Source: Takakia lepidozioides
Taxonomy: Eukaryota; Plantae; Bryophyta
Direction of reading: 5' to 3'
NCBI GenBank assembly: GCA_030704615.1
Contig: CM060732.1
Coordinates: 59,148,001-59,212,000 of the forward strand
DNA length: 64,000 bases
The position numbers were made by a program, and so were the translations under genes. Of the stretch, positions 59,901-64,000 are shown piece by piece. The notes beneath the pieces are model-generated. The model was given only the letters and a program-made list of their open reading frames with translations, searched no databases and was not told the origin of the DNA. Within the stretch, counting starts at the first letter, position 1. Each line of letters starts with the position of its first letter.

Positions 59901-61952
59901 TGCAAGTGATTCATTACGACAATACATATTCGTGGACCTTTGCGCCGATAGACTTGCATCACGTGGCATCGTGGACCTGTAGCTTCACATGGATGGACCA
60001 TAAGGCTCAATTCATCATCTGGAATGGGGTGCTAAGCAACTTCGACGCACTAGCTTGCAAACAGTGCTTTTGGGAGGTCCGTCAAGGAGGATTCATGTGG
60101 ACCCAGTATGCCGTCACAAACCAATATGAATTCTACACAGGCTGGGATCCTTGATCAGCCCTCACTCTTCTTCGCCGCTTAACACCAGGTTTGTCCATTT
60201 GCTGATTGCGCCTTGTTGATGAGGGTTCAAAGTTATCATGCAAGTGAAGTTTGATTTTGCATATTGTATGACTGTTTTCAATCAGATAATGGCGCTAAGG
60301 AGTTTGGGGCGAACTTTTCAAAATAAAGTTCTCAAATAGATATCACTAACAAGTCTGGATAGACAGGTAGAAACATGTAGCCATGTGGATTCATTTCATT
60401 GCTATGTGCACAGAAGTGGATGACATTGTGATATATTATGCCAGCTGAAGATTGCATTGTGCTGGTCATTAATAAAGTTCATATTTTATGGCATTCCCAA
60501 TTGTCTGGGAAGTCATCTACAGTGGGTTGCAGTCCATATCAATGCACATACAGTATATATCACTTGTAGCCAAGATTCAATAGTTCGTCACTAGGACCTG
60601 CGGACCCTTCAAGTGTGAACACAACAAGTCTGTTAAATAACCGGATTTGTGTGAACAACATAAGATGGGAAGGTAATGTCTAAACCTCTTCTATATGAAT
60701 TCGTGTGCGCATGACGGTGTTGGGTCCGGGGCTAGGTCATCTAGGTCCTACTACTATGCATGAAAGCTTTTGAATGGTATATTTTCATTGTCAATGAAGA
60801 TTAGTAGTTGGAGTGTTGTGTCCCAATCAGCTGATGAGGGACGTTGAGGCATGCCACCTTGAGCCTCAACCAGTATCCACAGCTGTCTGTAGCCACCGTA
60901 TCAACCATTTTATTTAACAATCCCCGATACGGTTGTGAAGCATTTGATGGTTTGGATTTCAATTTCCATTCCATTTGAAATACTGAATTGTGTGTACAGG
61001 CACTGCTTGTTGTATATTCTAATAGGGGCCTATGACGAGTTCCCTCATGGAGGGGATTGCAAAATGAAGCGTTTTCCCTTGTGGATCAAGGGACCTATAC
61101 CTAAGAATCTCGGGGTATGTGGTAAAAGAAATAATATTCACGTCCAAGGGGGAGCATGTGTATTCCAAAGGGGGAAAACAAAAGTTTTTCCCACTCCACA
61201 TCCAAAAGGGAAACTTTGAGTTGTGGGAAAAATGATTTTATTCACACCTCACATCCAAAGAGGGAAATTTTGAATTGTGGGAAAAAGGATTTCATTCACA
61301 CCTTTTGAATTGTGGGAATCACCATTTCTCTTACATTGTATGTCTGCACCCGACCTCTTCTCCACTTAATTGTTAGAATCTCTTCCCTACAACATAGCTC
61401 ATCATGGTGGACCTATAACACAGGAGAAGCTCTAATGTATACATGATTTCCAACTGTGTTGCAAATGCATAGTGGTAGCCATGTCACCATGTGATCGGAT
61501 TCTGTGTTTGCTAGAGCTGAATTCCATGTAAGTCGTGTATTTTGATACTACCAAAGTAACTTAAGTCCCCTTCTGTTATGATTCAGGTCCTGTTCTTTTC
61601 CAACATTTTTGCACTACTGAGGAATCCATCGAGAGGGGTGATCCCACAATCTTGCACTGCACATCTCAAGATTATACATGATGCAATAATATCAATGACT
61701 GCCAATGCCATGCCCAGTTAGCAAACGAGAACCAGTATTCGATCTCTCTTGAAGTTCTCTTGCAACAAGAGAGGGCTTGAGGAGAGAATATACTCAAAAA
61801 AATATGCTTGCTCTAACGTTTTGACCAGAGTTACCTCCTTGTTATCAAACAGGGCAACTGCACGGATGCAACTCTCATCAGCCAAGGATTCAGTATCCCC
61901 ACAAGTATCTAACAGGGCATGCAGTGCACAGAAGGATGACGGCAAATTATCA
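56932..61952. repeat. Segmental duplicate of 1-4852 + 18068-18241, without element A
   Basis: Collinear, high identity; single GGCTT at 61774-61778. Confidence 0.95.
59678..60154 (+). pseudogene. Second SPH/S1 copy with the same TAG at codon 22
   Basis: TAG at 59741-59743; near-identical to 2749-3225. Confidence 0.8.
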
Positions 61953-62452
61953 NNNNNNNNNNNNNNNNNNNNNNNNNNNNNNNNNNNNNNNNNNNNNNNN
62001 NNNNNNNNNNNNNNNNNNNNNNNNNNNNNNNNNNNNNNNNNNNNNNNNNNNNNNNNNNNNNNNNNNNNNNNNNNNNNNNNNNNNNNNNNNNNNNNNNNNN
62101 NNNNNNNNNNNNNNNNNNNNNNNNNNNNNNNNNNNNNNNNNNNNNNNNNNNNNNNNNNNNNNNNNNNNNNNNNNNNNNNNNNNNNNNNNNNNNNNNNNNN
62201 NNNNNNNNNNNNNNNNNNNNNNNNNNNNNNNNNNNNNNNNNNNNNNNNNNNNNNNNNNNNNNNNNNNNNNNNNNNNNNNNNNNNNNNNNNNNNNNNNNNN
62301 NNNNNNNNNNNNNNNNNNNNNNNNNNNNNNNNNNNNNNNNNNNNNNNNNNNNNNNNNNNNNNNNNNNNNNNNNNNNNNNNNNNNNNNNNNNNNNNNNNNN
62401 NNNNNNNNNNNNNNNNNNNNNNNNNNNNNNNNNNNNNNNNNNNNNNNNNNNN
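61953..62452. other. Assembly gap (500 N)
   Basis: Run of N. Confidence 1.
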
Positions 62453-64000
62453 GGAGCTAAGCAAGGTACAGCCAGCCTGCAAAATTGTGAAGGAACGATC
62501 AAACGATGAAGAGGGGAGCTTGCAAGAAACACCCTTCCTTCAACAATCTACAAGCACAGAAACAACAAGAAAAACTCGGGTGACTACCTCGTCAGAATGG
62601 CCAGTTGAAGAGAACATGGGGGGTGAGTGTTCACCAAGACATTTTATTCTTCAGACAGTGATGGGCCACATTGTTCCGAACAAGACATTTCTTCTTATAA
62701 CAAGGATGATGAAGGGGACTGGGTGCCATGGAGCACACCCACCAAGGCCACTCAGATGTCACTATTACGCGAAGCTGAAAGATGGGGGAAAAGGTCTCTC
62801 ATCAGCTCTGACAATCATACAGTGGCTGTTAAGGAGGAAAGGCAACCTGATGTACTTGATGATGTGGAAGTTATGCATCTCTTATGTTTTGGAGAAGTCA
62901 ATGACTATCTGACAAAGGAGGAGAGCAAAAGAGCCAACAGGCGGGCAAGGCAGTACTCCTATCTCAAGGGTGAGGTCTACTTTGAGGGAAGGGTAGTTCC
63001 ACCAAGAACGGACAGAGAGGCAATAATCACTGAAGTGCATAAGGCCACGGGCCATTTTGGAGTCCGAAGAACACAAGAGGAGATATGCCGACGGTATTTC
63101 TGCATGACAGAACAAAACTCATCAGGCAAGTACTCAAAGGCTGTGGCGAATGTCAGATGGCTAAACAGAACGGAGTGTTGCGCTCAGGTAGCTCAAAACT
63201 GCACAGTATTCCAATAGTGGATCTGTTTTTCAGAGTTGCAATTGACACGGCAGGACCATTACCTATAACCAGCAGGGGAAATCAGTACTTTCTAGTGGCA
63301 ATAGATCACTTCTCAAAATGGATAGAGGCTGCACCAGTGGCAGATCATACAGCAGCACTTACTGCCCGCTTTCTTGAGGAGGAAGTCATTAACAGGTATA
63401 GCTGCCCCCACACATTGCTCACTGACAATGGCACAGAGTGGGGAGGTGAGTTTGAAGATACGTGCCGCGAATATGGTATAAAAAGAGAGCATAGCGCTCC
63501 CTACTGGCCGCAGTGTAATGGTATGGTGGAAAGAGTGATTAAGTCACTCAAGCAGAGCATCACCACCTTGGGAGTTGGAAACGACACTGAGTGGGATCAG
63601 AACCTATACAAAGCCTTGTTTGGTTACAGAATGGGTATTCATGCTTCAACAGGATTCTCACCTTTTCAAGTGCTGACTGGTAGGATTCCAAGACTGGGGA
63701 TCGATAACAGGTTGCACTTTCTCACAACAACAGTAAATCTTGATGGATCTGTTGCAGAGGTCACACTTATGATGCAAAAAAAAATCCAGCTCCTCTCAGA
63801 GATAAAAGCTAAGCTGCGAAAAAATGTGAAGAAAGCGCAGCATCAGCAGGCAAGAGATTATGCAAGGAAACATCAAACAGGGCACAGCTACTGCAGGTTG
63901 ATGGAGAACAACAAGGTGATGATGATGAGGCCTGGGAAGAAGTCTTCCATGACATCTCCATGGGAGGGACCCTATGACTTTTTGGGGTACAAAGATGCGG
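62453..64000 (+). mobile_element. Integrase region of element-C family, inverted copy
   Basis: Reverse complement of 25011-23462 with few differences, including two 1-bp deletions. Confidence 0.92.

Noticed and set aside
61718-62912. ORFs spanning the N run
   Set aside because: Artefacts of the assembly gap.

Overview
Repeat-dense land-plant nuclear DNA (spliceosomal introns, plastid-targeted gene relics; a non-seed plant is possible but not shown). It contains nested transposons and no intact host gene. (1) Element A is a full-length Ty3/Gypsy retrotransposon (4853-18062, +, TSD GGCTT) with an extra 5' ORF, a decayed gag-pol and a near-intact 1133-aa 3' ORF. It sits in an intron of an aspartyl-aminopeptidase relic. 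(2) Element B is a very young relative of A (25801-35608, -, TSD CTGCC) with intact 5' ORF, gag and pol but the 3' ORF deleted. (3) B is inserted in the RNase H of an unrelated Gypsy, element C (~21250-39122, -), which itself interrupts a CACTA-type transposase. (4) A 5'-truncated APE-RT LINE lies at 44171-48108, with two inverted fragments nearby. (5) Degenerate host-gene fragments: SPH/S1 protein, M18 aminopeptidase, CcdA, sigma-70 factor, GC1/SulA-like epimerase and a TPR protein. (6) A duplication at ~57 kb offset preserves the empty insertion site of A and is followed by a 500-N gap. The strongest candidate for new biology is the A/B family's accessory cargo: a purifying-selected, F-box-like ORF that starts inside the LTR and reads through the PBS, and a large coiled-coil 3' ORF that is present in A and deleted in B.
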